64,000 nucleotides of DNA, taken from contig OZ024749.1 in NCBI GenBank assembly GCA_964016885.1, positions 34,906,001 to 34,970,000 on the forward strand, read 5' to 3'. Positions 36,774-49,035 of this stretch are shown in pieces; the first letter of the stretch is position 1; each line of letters begins with the position of its first letter. The position numbers were made by a program, and so were the translations under genes. Below the pieces are notes generated by a model that was not told the DNA's origin, did not search any database, and saw only the letters and a list, made by a program, of their open reading frames with translations. The stretch comes from Eledone cirrhosa (Eukaryota).

Positions 36774-39700
36774 ATGAATCTGCGAGCTACCAAGCACCCA
36801 CGTGAAGCGCCAACCCAGAGACCCTCCCCTACGAGTGTCGACAAATGCCCAAAACTCCGAGTTGGTACCATCAATGTAGGCTCAATGAAAGGAAGAGCAG
36901 GAGAAATCATAGAAATGCTAGAGCGAAAGGAAGTTGATGTATGCTGTGTGCAAGAGACTAGATGGAGAGGAGGGTCTGCTAGAGTCCTTGTAGGAAAAAG
37001 CCAGTGCTACAAATTTTTCTGGGTGGGAAATGACGATGGGATGGGTGGTGTAGGTATACTATTAGCTGACAAGTGGGTAGATAAAGTAATCTTAGTGTAC
37101 AGGGTAAATGCAAGAATCATTAAACTCAGACTAGTCCTGAATAAGACAATTACCACAATAATATCAGCTTACGCACCCCAATCGGGGCTGCCAGACGAAC
37201 TTAAGGATAGGTTTTACGAGTCCCTAATACACACTACTGCTCTAACAGACGACAAGGACTTCCTAATCATTGCAGGAGATTTTAACGGACACGTAGGTAA
37301 ACACTGCGACGGCTTCAATAGAGTACATGGAGGCCATGGAGTTGGCACAAGGAATGAGGAAGGATTCAGACTTCTAGAATTCTGCGACGCCAATGACATG
37401 TCGATATGTAACACAAACTTTAAAAAACCCGACAACCACCTGATCACCTATAGATCAGGGGAGCACTCTAGTCAGTTAGATTTTATCCTCATCAGAGGAC
37501 GTGACAGATGGACGGTCGTAAACACAAAAGCCTTCCCTAGTGAGGAATGTACATCCCAACATAGCTTAGTTGTCAGCGACCTCACGGTCAGAACTAGACG
37601 AGCCCTGAAACAGAGGCCAACCTGGAGAAGAAAGATCTGGAAGCTGAAAGTCCCCTCAACCAGTAACAGATTTAAAGATATTTTACTCAACGCCTACGAC
37701 AGTAAAGAACAGATAGAGACATTTAACGTAGAAGAGAACTGGGAGTTCCTAAAAAATAACTTACTAGAGGCGACGGATGAGGTTTGTGGCTGGAGTAAGA
37801 CCTCAAGCAGGAGGAGAGTGACTTGGTGGTGGAACAATAAGGTAGATGAAGCAGTCAAGGCCAAGAGACAGGCATGGAAAGAATGGAAGAACGGGGGGAG
37901 CAGGGTACATTACATAGAGACCAAGAGGGAAGCTAGGCGACAAGTATACTTAGCTAGGAGGGAAGCAGAGGATAGAAAATTCAAGCATGTTTTACAACGT
38001 GAGGACCAGAAACAGGAGGTATTCAAGATTGCGAGGCAGTGTGTCAGAGATAGTTGTGATGTCATTGGAGAGAAGTGTATCCGGAATGATAAAGGTGAGC
38101 TTGCCCTCACAAGTGCTGAGAAGAAAGATGCATGGAAGAGTCATTATGATAGATTACTAAATGAGGAGAATGCATGGGAAGAAGAGACCCTACCCCACGT
38201 AGACCCTATAGAGGGACCAGCAGTACAAGTCAGCGGCAGCGTAGTAAGTAAGGCAATCAGAGATATGAAGATAGGGAAGGCAACCGGTCCATCGGGTATA
38301 GCTGCCGAGATGCTGAAGGCATCTGGGTCTGTAGGTCACACTATAACCACACGTATCGTTAACCAGGTAATACTAGAGGGGGCCATACCAAAAGATTGGT
38401 GCAGTAGCATCATTGTCAACTGCTACAAAGGTAAAGGCGATGCACTAGATAGAGGAAACTATAGAGGTATAAAGTTGATGGACCAGGTCATGAAAGTAAC
38501 AGAAAGAGTTATAGCACAGCTGATTAGGGACCGGGTGAATATAGACGAGATGCAATTTGGGTTTGTTCCAGGGAAAGGCACCACTGATGCGCTCTTCCTT
38601 GTGAGGCAATTACAGGAAAAGTACCTAGCTAAAAGTAAGCCACTCTACTTGGCATTTGTCGACCTTGAGAAAGCCTTTGACAGAGTTCCACGTGCAGTAA
38701 TCTGGTGGGCTCTTAGAAAACTAGGAGTAGATGAATGGCTTGTGAAAGCGGTACAAGCCATGTATAGGGGAGCAGTCAGCAAAGTTAGGATTGGCAATGA
38801 GTATAGCGAGGAATTTAGCGTACAGGTTGGGGTCCACCAGGGCTCTGTTCTTAGCCCTCTCCTGTTCATCATAGTCCTGCAGGCAATAACGGAGGAGTTT
38901 AAGACCGGATGCCCATGGGAACTCCTGTATGCTGATGACCTCGCACTCATAGCTGAATCTATGGTAGAACTAGAGAATAAATTCCAAACCTGGAAGCAGG
39001 GACTAGAGAGAAAGGGCCTCAAAGTCAACATGACAAAGACTAAGGTCCTTATAAGTAGACGGGAAAACAGAACCCAGATCCCCTCAGGGAAATGGCCTTG
39101 CTCAGTATGTAGGAAAGGTGTAGGTAGGAACTCCATTCTTTGCCCCAAATGCAAACAATGGGTACACAAGAGATGTAGCGGGATCTCAGGAAGCTTAATT
39201 AAGAATGTAGGATTCACATGCAGCAGCTGTGCTGAAACAGCAAGCAAACAGCCACAGGAAACAAGTACCACCAATCTCTGGGAGGGCCCTGTAGAAACAG
39301 TAGACAGCTTCTGCTACCTAGGTGACCGAATTAGCAACGGAGGTGGGTGCTCAGAAAGTACAATAACTAGGGTAAGAACGGGATGGAAGAAGTTTAGGGA
39401 ACTACTACCACTGCTAGCTGCAAAAGGCTTCTCCCTCAGAATGAAAGGCAGACTGTATGATGCGTGTATCCGAACAGCGATGTTGCATGGTAGTGAGACC
39501 TGGGCGCTGAAGGTGGAAGACTTACGTAGATTAGAGAGAAACGAAGCCTGCATGCTCCGATGGATGTGTAACAGTAATATACGTGAACGACAAAGCATAA
39601 ATGAATTGAGAGAGAGACTGAGCATAAGAGGAATCAAATGCTGCGTGCAGGAGAGGCGGTTACGCTGGTATGGACATGTGATGCGTATGAAGGATGACAG

Positions 39701-39890
39701 CTGCATAAAAAGGTGCAGAGCACTAGAAGTTGATGGAAACCGCGGAGTGGGGAGACCCAAGATGACTTGGGATGAGGTGATAAAAGCCGACCTTACCCAA
39801 CTACACCTCTCAAAGTCAATGACACACGACCGTGACTTCTGGCGTCACGCAGTAATACAGGGTACCCGACCTCCCATGGGTACATGCTGA
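36774..39890 (+). CDS. RTE-clade LINE ORF: APE endonuclease + reverse transcriptase with embedded PHD-like Cys/His finger (1038 aa, uninterrupted)
   Basis: APE motifs GTINV, VQETRW, SAYAPQ, GDFNGH, LDFIL, QHSLV; RT motifs QFGF, FVDLEKAFDRV, GVHQGSVLSP, LLYADDL, FCYLG; RTE-type C-terminus RRLRWYGHVMR...RGVGRPKMTW. Confidence 0.97.
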   Translation: MNLRATKHPREAPTQRPSPTSVDKCPKLRVGTINVGSMKGRAGEIIEMLERKEVDVCCVQETRWRGGSARVLVGKSQCYKFFWVGNDDGMGGVGILLADKWVDKVILVYRVNARIIKLRLVLNKTITTIISAYAPQSGLPDELKDRFYESLIHTTALTDDKDFLIIAGDFNGHVGKHCDGFNRVHGGHGVGTRNEEGFRLLEFCDANDMSICNTNFKKPDNHLITYRSGEHSSQLDFILIRGRDRWTVVNTKAFPSEECTSQHSLVVSDLTVRTRRALKQRPTWRRKIWKLKVPSTSNRFKDILLNAYDSKEQIETFNVEENWEFLKNNLLEATDEVCGWSKTSSRRRVTWWWNNKVDEAVKAKRQAWKEWKNGGSRVHYIETKREARRQVYLARREAEDRKFKHVLQREDQKQEVFKIARQCVRDSCDVIGEKCIRNDKGELALTSAEKKDAWKSHYDRLLNEENAWEEETLPHVDPIEGPAVQVSGSVVSKAIRDMKIGKATGPSGIAAEMLKASGSVGHTITTRIVNQVILEGAIPKDWCSSIIVNCYKGKGDALDRGNYRGIKLMDQVMKVTERVIAQLIRDRVNIDEMQFGFVPGKGTTDALFLVRQLQEKYLAKSKPLYLAFVDLEKAFDRVPRAVIWWALRKLGVDEWLVKAVQAMYRGAVSKVRIGNEYSEEFSVQVGVHQGSVLSPLLFIIVLQAITEEFKTGCPWELLYADDLALIAESMVELENKFQTWKQGLERKGLKVNMTKTKVLISRRENRTQIPSGKWPCSVCRKGVGRNSILCPKCKQWVHKRCSGISGSLIKNVGFTCSSCAETASKQPQETSTTNLWEGPVETVDSFCYLGDRISNGGGCSESTITRVRTGWKKFRELLPLLAAKGFSLRMKGRLYDACIRTAMLHGSETWALKVEDLRRLERNEACMLRWMCNSNIRERQSINELRERLSIRGIKCCVQERRLRWYGHVMRMKDDSCIKRCRALEVDGNRGVGRPKMTWDEVIKADLTQLHLSKSMTHDRDFWRHAVIQGTRPPMGTC

Positions 39891-40436
39891 AGCATATAAA
39901 CAATATGCCCCCCCCCCCCCCCCCCCCCCCCCACCGCAAGGTGGTCGTGGAGGTGCCACGGCAAAAAAGCACCCAGCCCACACTGTAAAGTGGACGTGTA
40001 GGCGCCACGAAAAAGCACCCAGCACTCACTGTAAATGAGGTTGGTGTTGGGAGGGGCATCCAGCTGTAGAAATCAAGCCAGATCAGTTCCTGTATGAGCA
40101 AGGCATGGTCAGCCGACCAGACACTGCCCACAACAGGACAACCCGTCTAACCCATGCTAGCGTGGAAGAGCGGACGTAAAACGGTGATGATGATGATGAT
40201 GATGATGAGTGGCCGGTTTGAAAAGAAAGAGGTGAGAGAATTCTTGCTGGATATGGCCGGTTTAAAGGGTTAAGGCAACAAGACGATGTAGAATACCTTT
40301 TAACTATATATATATATATTGATTATGAGGGTTTTTAATATTTTTATTTCATAGTCTTCAATCATAAATGATGATGATTAATTGTTAGAAATTAGTTTAT
40401 TCAATTTTAATTGTATATAATTTCTGATATTTACAG

Positions 40437-40585
40437 GTTTGGCACCACTGTTTGGCATTGATGTCTGGGAACATGCCTATTACTTGCAATACAAGAATGT
40501 ACGGCCAGAATATGTAAAAGCTATCTTCAATATTGCCAACTGGAAGAAAGTTGCTACATTATTTAAATCTGCTGACTCAGCTTAA
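40437..40585 (+). CDS. SOD2: SOD2 last exon
   Basis: [35 protein letters not shown]...TAA; Mn/Fe-SOD signature DVWEHAYY; AATAAA at 40611. Confidence 0.97.
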
Positions 40586-41786
40586 CTCAACAAATTCTTT
40601 GAAAAAAATTAATAAAGTCCAAATTTGTTAATGTTTCCATCAAATATCTTTATAAAGCAATCAATGTAAAGGGAAAAAAATAAAATCTCTCTCTCTATAT
40701 ATATATATACATATTATACAGCTATATATATATATTATGTAGTAATATATATATATATATACTCTATAATGGTTATTACAATATGTATTATGCAGTAATA
40801 TATATATATGCTTTACTATAATTATTATATGTAATATAGTAATATATATATTACCATATGCATTATGTAGTAATATACATATGTACTTTATAATACATAA
40901 TATATATTACAATATAAAAATATACTGTACTATAGTAATATATAATACTATATGCATTATATAAATGCTATACTATATGTATTATATAGTAATAATTGAA
41001 AGTATATTAGAATGAGGGCCAGTTTCATGTGTTATGATTTGTAGTGTTGACAGAAGTAAAGTGAAAGAAATCAATAGGTATATATTAGTTATTGTTTCAA
41101 TCACTAACTTTACTAACCACATATCTTTGTATGTTTTCATTTGTCTTCTGATAAATCTCCTGTAAATGAAACTGTTGTGTAGCAGACTTTGTCTCTGGGA
41201 ATCTCTTAAATTTTGGTATCCCTCTCTCTGACACACAGCACACTAATCTTTTGTGCCACTCAGAAACTTCTGCCTTTTGTGTCTCTGTCATATGACACAC
41301 TAACCTTTGATGCCACTCGTAGAAACTTCTGCCTTTTGGCATTTCTGTCTCTCTACTGCATGGCACCCTCTAACTGTTGGGGCCTCTTATGGCACCCTCT
41401 AACTTTTGGTGTCTGTGTTGGCTTCTTTTAGCTCTTTTGTGACTGTCTATTGCCATGGTTCTCCTTCAGTTTCACCCCCCCCCCCAACACTCTGGTGGGT
41501 TTTCCTTAACTGTGTCTTTAATAACACTTACTATGTGTATGTATATATATATAGTATTAGTTATACTATTTATGGTTATGTAAACACAAAACCTTAAGCA
41601 GTTGTAAGTATTTTACACACACCCTAAATAGTGGTAGGCAGTAATGTATTACTACCTTCTTTGATTCTTATATTTCATATATATATATATATATATACAC
41701 ACACATCCATACACATATCTTTCCTTTCTTCCTATGTTAATAAAATAAATTACAAGTACTCAGGTCAATATTAAATTATATATATA

Positions 41787-41865
41787 CAGGATGTCTCCCC
41801 CCAAAAATGTATACACACTTCAATAGCATTCTAATAAGTGTGTATACATTTTTGGGGACACCCTG
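41787..41865. mobile_element. Tiny Tc1/mariner-like MITE
   Basis: cagg..ccccaaaaatgtatacacactt / aagtgtgtatacatttttggggacaccctg with TA flanks. Confidence 0.75.
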
Positions 41866-44508
41866 TATATATATATATATATATACACACATACAGTGCC
41901 ATGTTGACTTGGTCGATTGTATCAGGAGTATATAGAGAAAACTTTAACCTTTTCGTTACTATATTTCTAATGAAAGACACTGCTTATATTTTTCAATTTT
42001 GTAACTTATCAAAAATTTTGAGGGATTAGTAATATAGCTTTCTCATTAAGCTGGTGTTTGGAACATAACCAAGGTTCTAACATAGAATTGTGATGGAAGG
42101 GTTTTAGATAAACATAAACAGCTTTGTATCATAAAACCAAGGATAGTTTGGTATCAAAAGGGTTAAGTTGTTCCAACATGAAAGAATTCTTTAATGTTTG
42201 GGTACTTTAAAGTGTCTGGGGGATGGGGTAAATGGAATGAAATGGTTTTATATTTAGCCCTTTAGTATTTACAATACTCTATATATATACTATTGTATCT
42301 TCACGGTAAACACTTTATTTCACATATCAAATCTACGAGATTTTGATGTTGATTTCAAGAACAATACCTCAACATAAATATGGACAGCTGGTTACGGTCG
42401 GTTCAAATGTTAAAGGGTTATGGGAAGATGTATTGACTCTACTGCAATTATTTACTGGAGCTGGTATAATGTTAGCTTCTCAATATTGATGCTATTCACA
42501 AAAATATATTAAATACTGCGATTGAAGCTTATTTGCTTCCACCAACAGATCAATGCTGCCTTCAAATTTTAGTTTACTTTAATATATGTTCAGCCAGGAA
42601 TCTTTAATATCCTTAGTGCAACAACATAGCTTAATGGTTAGGGTGTTGGGCTCATGATCATAAAGTCATGGGATTTATTCCTGGACTGGGCAGCACATTG
42701 TTCTTGAGCAAGAAGCTTCATTACACATTGCTTTTTATTTTCATAAAACTGAGAACTCATATTATTTAAAACCTCTAAGATACAACTTTATTAGAGACCT
42801 GCGAAACCTACATGGGTGTGATCTATAACATGATAGGACTGGCACACCTATCATTAAAACACCAAAGAAATCTATTAGATATGACCTTGTAGGAAGCAAG
42901 CAGAACCTGTATAGGTGTGACCTATGGAAAAAATATTAGGAGTTGCCTGCTTATTTCTGGAAGAAGAAAAATACTAAAACTAAAATATTTCTTTCACAAT
43001 TTATTTTCTTGCCATCAAGAATTCTTTTATAATATTTTCTATATTTTTTCTTATTTAAAAAGAAAAATTAATTAAATTTGCCAATGTCTGTGTGGCTTCA
43101 AACTTTTCTCTTGTGGTTGTTTGTTAATGATGTTGATTGATTGTTGATGATGATGATTATTTGTTGGTGAAAGTTAATGATGATGATGACGGTGATTGTT
43201 TTTAAGTTATTACATTTAATCTTAGTGCACAACTGACCACTACATTACATCCCCACCATCACTGGACACTATTGTCCCTATATTACATCCCCACATCACT
43301 AGACGCTATTGTCCCTATATTACATCCCCACATCACTAGACACTATTGTCCCTATATTACATCTCATTAGTCTCTCCACCACCTCCCCACCATACAAGAT
43401 GTTTAGTGATTTATTTATTGAACACTGGAAATTATATATTTAAGTTAATTACACCAATTTGTATAAAACTATGATCCTTTAGGTTCAGTAATGGACCTCA
43501 CCTCTCTGAAGCCTGTATTCTAGGTGACTGCCTAGTTGATCTTAATGATAGCACCTACCCTCCCTCTCTCTCTCTCCAAAAGTAGTTGGCAAGGAAAAAA
43601 GACAAACCTAAATAATTTGTGGCATATAAGTTGACCTAGCATACAAATCTACTTTAAGATTCTTAGCTCAAAGGTCTGTGTTAGGGTTATACTTATAGTA
43701 TACCTACTCTATCTAAATATCTGTTAGATTCTGCTGAGGCTGTTTATATTGGTGACTGTCTTAGAGATGTTCTAACTGACGACTGTGTATATTATAGTAA
43801 AACATGGTTGTAAACCATATTACACATTGAGTATTGTATCTTGGTTCTAACAGATGATTATATCTATATACTCAATATTATATAGTAAAACGTTCATAAA
43901 CTTACCAATACCTAAGTAAATTGTAGTCATTGATGGCTGTGCTAGAAATATTTTTGACAACTATGATATATATACTGTGTATTATATAGTAAAACATTCT
44001 ACAAAATGCCTAAGTAAACTATTGATGACTGTCATAGCCTTGTTCTGACAACTATAATACACATACTGTATATATATATGTAGTAAAATATGGTTGACAA
44101 AGTACCTAAGTAGACCATACTGCTCTTATACACCATTTACATCAAAGTTGTAAAGAAACAACCTGTGGCCCACAGCGACACTTAACTGCCTGCCACATGA
44201 TTATAAAGATTCACATTATATCCCCACTGTAAGTTTTCAAGCTTAAAAATTCACCTAATACCCCACAATTTACGGTAGTTCCCTCTTGACTATAGGGTGG
44301 TTTATCTTCCAACAAATAACATCTTTCCATCTGCTGAAAATATTTTGTTTGCTGTTGTTTATTAATTTCAAAGAGATCCCATTTTAACACAAACTATCAT
44401 CATTTTCCGTCTGCTTTCCATGGGTTGGATGGGTTGTCACAGTCCAAGACTGACCTCATCTTGCTTGTTACGTTCCATATTTCACATAAATGCCTTTCCT
44501 AACGTCAA

Positions 44509-45170
44509 CTATCTATAAATGTCCCACAAACTAATAGATCCATCTTGAGATCCGGCAGCCAGGAGATCATCTTCAGCAAATGCCACACTCTTAACACTCA
44601 TTTTATGGTAACTCAAAATTGCAAGAGGTTTCCCTTTTTTGGCTCCAAAAATTCTTACGTTTGAGTCCCAACCTGCAACAGCGAGAATTTTTTCATCATT
44701 TCTCAGTTTCATATGATTAATCCCTGTATTAGTGAGCTGGACAGCCGGCAACTTAGTGAAGCCATTGTCTCGAGAAACTGACCATTGAGTCAGTTTATCA
44801 TTAACAGATCCTGACCAGCCATGACCAGATTTACTGCAACAAACACACGTTACCATTTCTTCATACAGAGGAATATGGTCGAGTATTTTTCTTTGTCTGA
44901 TATCCCACAATGCAATACATCCATTTTCATAACCAACTAAAAGTTCTGATTCGTTGTCTTTCATTAGAGCAATGTCCATACACATTCCGTACTTCATTCC
45001 TTCTTGCTGGTCCAGTGGTTTCAGAAATGCCACATTCTCTTGACTCACAGAATCAATGATTTTCACTTGAGATTCCTGCCGAGAAGGGACAGCAATCATA
45101 TGGGATGTGGCAGAGTCTCTTGGAATCACACAACCTCGACAAAAGCCAATGGAACAGATTGATACTTCTT
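44509..45170 (-). CDS. GNB1L: GNB1L-like WD40 protein, last coding exon
   Basis: SIGFCR, GMCM, LLVGYENGCIALWD, LAVAGWDSNVRIF, PLAILSYH, LAAGSQDGSISLWDIY; cttttacag acceptor. Confidence 0.9.
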
Positions 45171-45331
45171 CTGTAAAAGAATATAAATCACAAATTATTG
45201 AAGAACCTTTCATAGGCGTATTTTTTAATGAAATACACTCATGTTTCAATTAATTAATGAAGAATTTTCTAAAGTTATTATTTAATTACTAAGATTATAC
45301 CTTAACATATCAATCTTATATTGGAAGGTTA

Positions 45332-45495
45332 TACAATGGTTAGATGAAAAGTTCATAGGCTGACCAAATGAGGTTTATTTTTCAACATAGCCCCTGGAAA
45401 GCATAAGAAGAGTTGAAATTAATACATGCAAGATTTCACAGCTCTAACATTAATCCTTCATAGTCAGCCTATGAAATTTTCAGCTAATCATCCTA
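45332..45495. mobile_element. mariner-like MITE in the GNB1L intron
   Basis: TIRs ttagatgaaaagttcataggctgac / gtcagcctatgaaattttcagctaa. Confidence 0.7.
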
Positions 45496-45864
45496 ATTTA
45501 ATCCTTTCATGACCATATTTTTAATGAAATACACTGCTTCAATGCAGAGAACAAGAAGATAAGCAAATACCGGGGTTTGTCCAGTTGCTTCCTCTTTGCA
45601 CTGGTCGCTGTCAAGACCTCACTCAGGTGTCCTCCATAAAATCAGAATGACAACAGCCAGTCTGAGGAAGGAGCCCCATGAGGTGGGATGGGTGTTGTTG
45701 GCCATTGTCCAGTCATGTGTGTGTGCAGCTGAAACACCACTCTGCTGACCCTTTCCCTCTTTCGCCAATTCTTGATTATTTGAAATACATAGGTAGTGTC
45801 TTTCATTAGAAATATAGTAATGGAAGGATTAAATAATTGTATATTTGTCTTATAAACTACTTAC

Positions 45865-46162
45865 TTATTTTCTGCCAATCATTTGTTGCATCCCACAAGA
45901 CAAGGCGTCCATCTCTGCCTGTGGTGACTATTTGTTCTGAACCTTGGAGTTGTTCTATCCACAGTAGCCCTCGAACCTCGTGAGCCTTCTTCACTTGCTT
46001 CACCACACGTTTTAGATTCATATCCCAGACACTAATGTCTCCATTCTGAGTCCCAGCAGACAAAAACCTACAGGACTCAGTTGTCAGGAACTTTAGACAT
46101 GTTATTGGACTTTTGTCAGAATGTCGAAGGATAAAGACCGGATCAGGTGATGGTCGAGTCAT
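45865..46162 (-). CDS. GNB1L: GNB1L first coding exon (MTRPSPDPVFILRH...)
   Basis: PDPxFxLR N-terminus typical of GNB1L/ASA1; A|gtaagt donor in phase 1; acceptor at 46175; candidate upstream UTR-exon donor at 46875. Confidence 0.88.
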
Positions 46163-48117
46163 AAATGAAAATATCTGGAAAAGATGTGACATCATCATTA
46201 TCATCATCTTTTAACGTCCATTTTCTGATAACAAGAGTCCGACATTTACAGATATAAAGATAAAGGAATGTTTATGTCTTTCGTGTGAAATGATAATGGA
46301 ATATAGTTATAGTGAGAGAAAGTAATTAAACATGGCCTGGTCTAATCACAACTAGGTCCTCTACATTGAACAAGAGCAATCAACATTAGTGTACTATTTA
46401 GATATCATAACCACAAGTCTCGGGAGTGAAATTGGCAGACATAAACTGTACCGAATTTAAAATAACTTAGTGCTTGAGTCGATATAATCCACTAAATCCC
46501 TTGAAGAGTACTGCCCCAGTATGGCCGCAATCTAATGGCTGGAATATAATCATTCTACAAAGAATGAGGTGTGTGACACAATATTAAGTAAACGAAGACC
46601 AAGTAATTTCAACTATTCCTGTTTATTGTATAGAAAATGGTCATTCTTTCGTTTTAAATATCACAGAAATTTGACAAACTCCGGCGATCGCCGTCCGTAC
46701 ATAATCAAATAGTAAAATGAAAATAATACGTAAATTCTGAATTATTTATTAGTAAAATAAAATTATTATAATTGATTTAAATGAATATAAAATGAAATGT
46801 TATTGGGTGGTAATGTCTAATATACAGAGAGAGTCGTTTAAATTTAATCCATTCAAAAGAAATAATTTAACTTACCAAAAACACACCGACTTTGTTGACT
46901 TTCAATGTATATTTAAGGGAGGGAATTCAGGAGCGGTGTAAGATATTTTTCTACCGCCGAGGAAAGTAAATCCAGTCCATGTGTTATTAAAGAAAGATTA
47001 AAAAGTGTACAAGAAGGAATTGACTCAAGAAAAAAAAAAAAACAGTCTTCTTTTACCGATCCTGAAAAAATATAAACACAAACTTGCCATTAATAGATTT
47101 TGAACACAGAACAAAGTTTTGTGAAGAGAGTTTATGTATATATATATATATTGTGATACACGGAATCTCCCTGAGAATTATGTTAAGGGTTCGCACCTAT
47201 ACGGAATGCTCAGTCACTGTCAGGTTAATTTTACGAGTTTACTATTCCAACCAACCAATTCTGACCAGAGTATTGTTCAGTGAGTGAAGGGCATAGGAAA
47301 AGAGAGACAGTGAGATAAATAATGTGAAGAGAGAGAAGGGAACTGTTGTAAAAGGAATGAGGAAGAGAAAGAAAGTGTGTGGGGGGGGGGTGAAAGGAGG
47401 GAGTTATACAGAAAGGGGGTAAGGAGAGAGAGAAGAGGATAAAGTCGGTAATACAGTTCTAACAACACACGGAGAGAAGGAGAGAGATAGAAACAGAAAT
47501 ATAGAGAGGGAGAGAAAGATATAAATAAGAAACAAAGGGAGTTGAAGGAGAAATACCTATACTAACAAGAGAGAGCTACAATTACATGCGTAAACAAATA
47601 CACACATATAAACTCACACAGAAATACACATACAAGAAAACGAGCCGGTTATCACCTCGGACTGAGGAAAGAATGTTTCCATTGGTCTTTCCATTGTTAA
47701 TACTGTCAGTCATAATTGGCAGAATTTGAACTCAGAACTCGCAGAGCTGGATAAAGTACTACAAAAAGATACAGTTGGGTTCTTTAACAGTTCCGCCAAT
47801 CCAGCTTTTGGGGGACTGGGACTTTATTTATTGAATATTGAAGATGGAAGGCAATGTTGACTTCGGCGGAATTTGAACTTAAGAGTGTTGGTGAGACGAA
47901 GCAAAAACCGAGACATTCAATCTGACGACTTTGCCAAATTGCCACCATTTACATGTGTACACACAAATATATACATACATATATAACTGAACAAAAAGGA
48001 AAAACGAACACAGACATGTGTGTGTTCAAATCGTAATGGACCAATCGAAAAATCTTTTTCCTAGAAGTAATTTACTGTAATGGGACTATCTTGAGTTTCT
48101 AACTCAATACATGCTTT

Positions 48118-48205
<88 letters not shown>

Positions 48206-48254
48206 ATCTTTTGATCTTATATATATATATATATATATATGTTTAATATAGAAA

Positions 48255-48305
48255 AGCTTCTACAATACTAGAACTGTTTCATTCATGAGAAATCATCAGG
48301 AAGCT
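48255..48305 (-). ncRNA. Minimal type I hammerhead ribozyme motif in a (TA)n-flanked element
   Basis: AGCUUC-CUGAUGA-uUUC ucau GAAu-GAA-ACAG uucuagua UUGU-A^GAAGCU; CUAG palindrome in loop III. Confidence 0.72.
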
Positions 48306-48574
48306 CTTCACTGTATTGAGTACCTTACTTACTGTGCTTACCCTCGATTGAATCCGAGATAACTTATCTCTCTATATATATATATCGTCTGCTGAGACAA
48401 CTGGGAATGCTTATAAGGTACGTTTGTACAAAGTTTACGTTTTCATTTTCGTTGTCTTGTGAATGTGACTTGAAAACGTTGGTGTTTTTAGTCTAATTTT
48501 ATTCATTCATTTATTTTGGTCAAAGAATTTATATCTGGTAGAACGACCAAGTAGAGACGTGGTGTTCTGTTGTA

Positions 48575-49035
48575 AAACCTCATTCTGAAGAGAGCTTTGG
48601 CCCGGGCGAATATCCCCTCAGTTTTGGAACCATCTGGGTTGTCCAGACGTGACGCAAAAGATCTGACAGTCTTACCCTGTGCCCCTGGTCGAGAGGCAGG
48701 TGCCTTGTCAGGGACGTCACTGTTAGTGACTCTTTTGCTCTTTCCCACATCCTGGATGCTGCCATTAGGACGAGAGTCCCAGCTTCTGCAGCCGAGCGGA
48801 ATAAGACCCTCAACTACTCTGATCTGTCGGCCAGCTACATTTTTCAGCCTGTGGCTTTCGAGACGTTTGGTGGAGTCGGGCCGCTGACTGCGAGGTTCCT
48901 TTCCTCACTGGCAGCTCGCCTAATAGAGGTGACTGACGAATCTCGCTTGGCTGTTTCAGCGCACCAGCCTCGCCATCACCCGAGGCAACGCTGCGAGTAT
49001 GCTGGCTTGCCTCAAAAATCATTGGAGAGGTTGCC
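48575..49035 (+). pseudogene. Decayed restriction-like endonuclease region of a CRE-type non-LTR retrotransposon
   Basis: KRALARANIPSVLEPSGLSRRDAK.../DVTVSD.../FQPVAFETFGGVGPLTARFLSSL across frameshifts. Confidence 0.75.

Larger units (their letters stand above)
33707..40208 (+). mobile_element. Full-length RTE LINE in the last SOD2 intron (5' array, 5'UTR, ORF, 3'UTR, (GAT)n tail)
   Basis: Intact ORF; ~300 nt 3'UTR ending in (tga)n at 40185-40208; the 5' boundary is uncertain and no TSD was found. Confidence 0.85.

Noticed and set aside
37214-40131. Minus-strand ORFs of 66-209 aa
   Set aside because: Antisense shadows of the RTE ORF and 3'UTR
40200-40230. Target-site duplication for the RTE
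   Set aside because: No copy of the post-tail sequence was found upstream of the array or the ORF by eye
45171-45249. N-terminal extensions in the ORF track for GNB1L, SOD2 (32169) and WTAP (4851, 6499)
   Set aside because: ORF-caller starts fall in introns or inside exons; splice sites define the true boundaries
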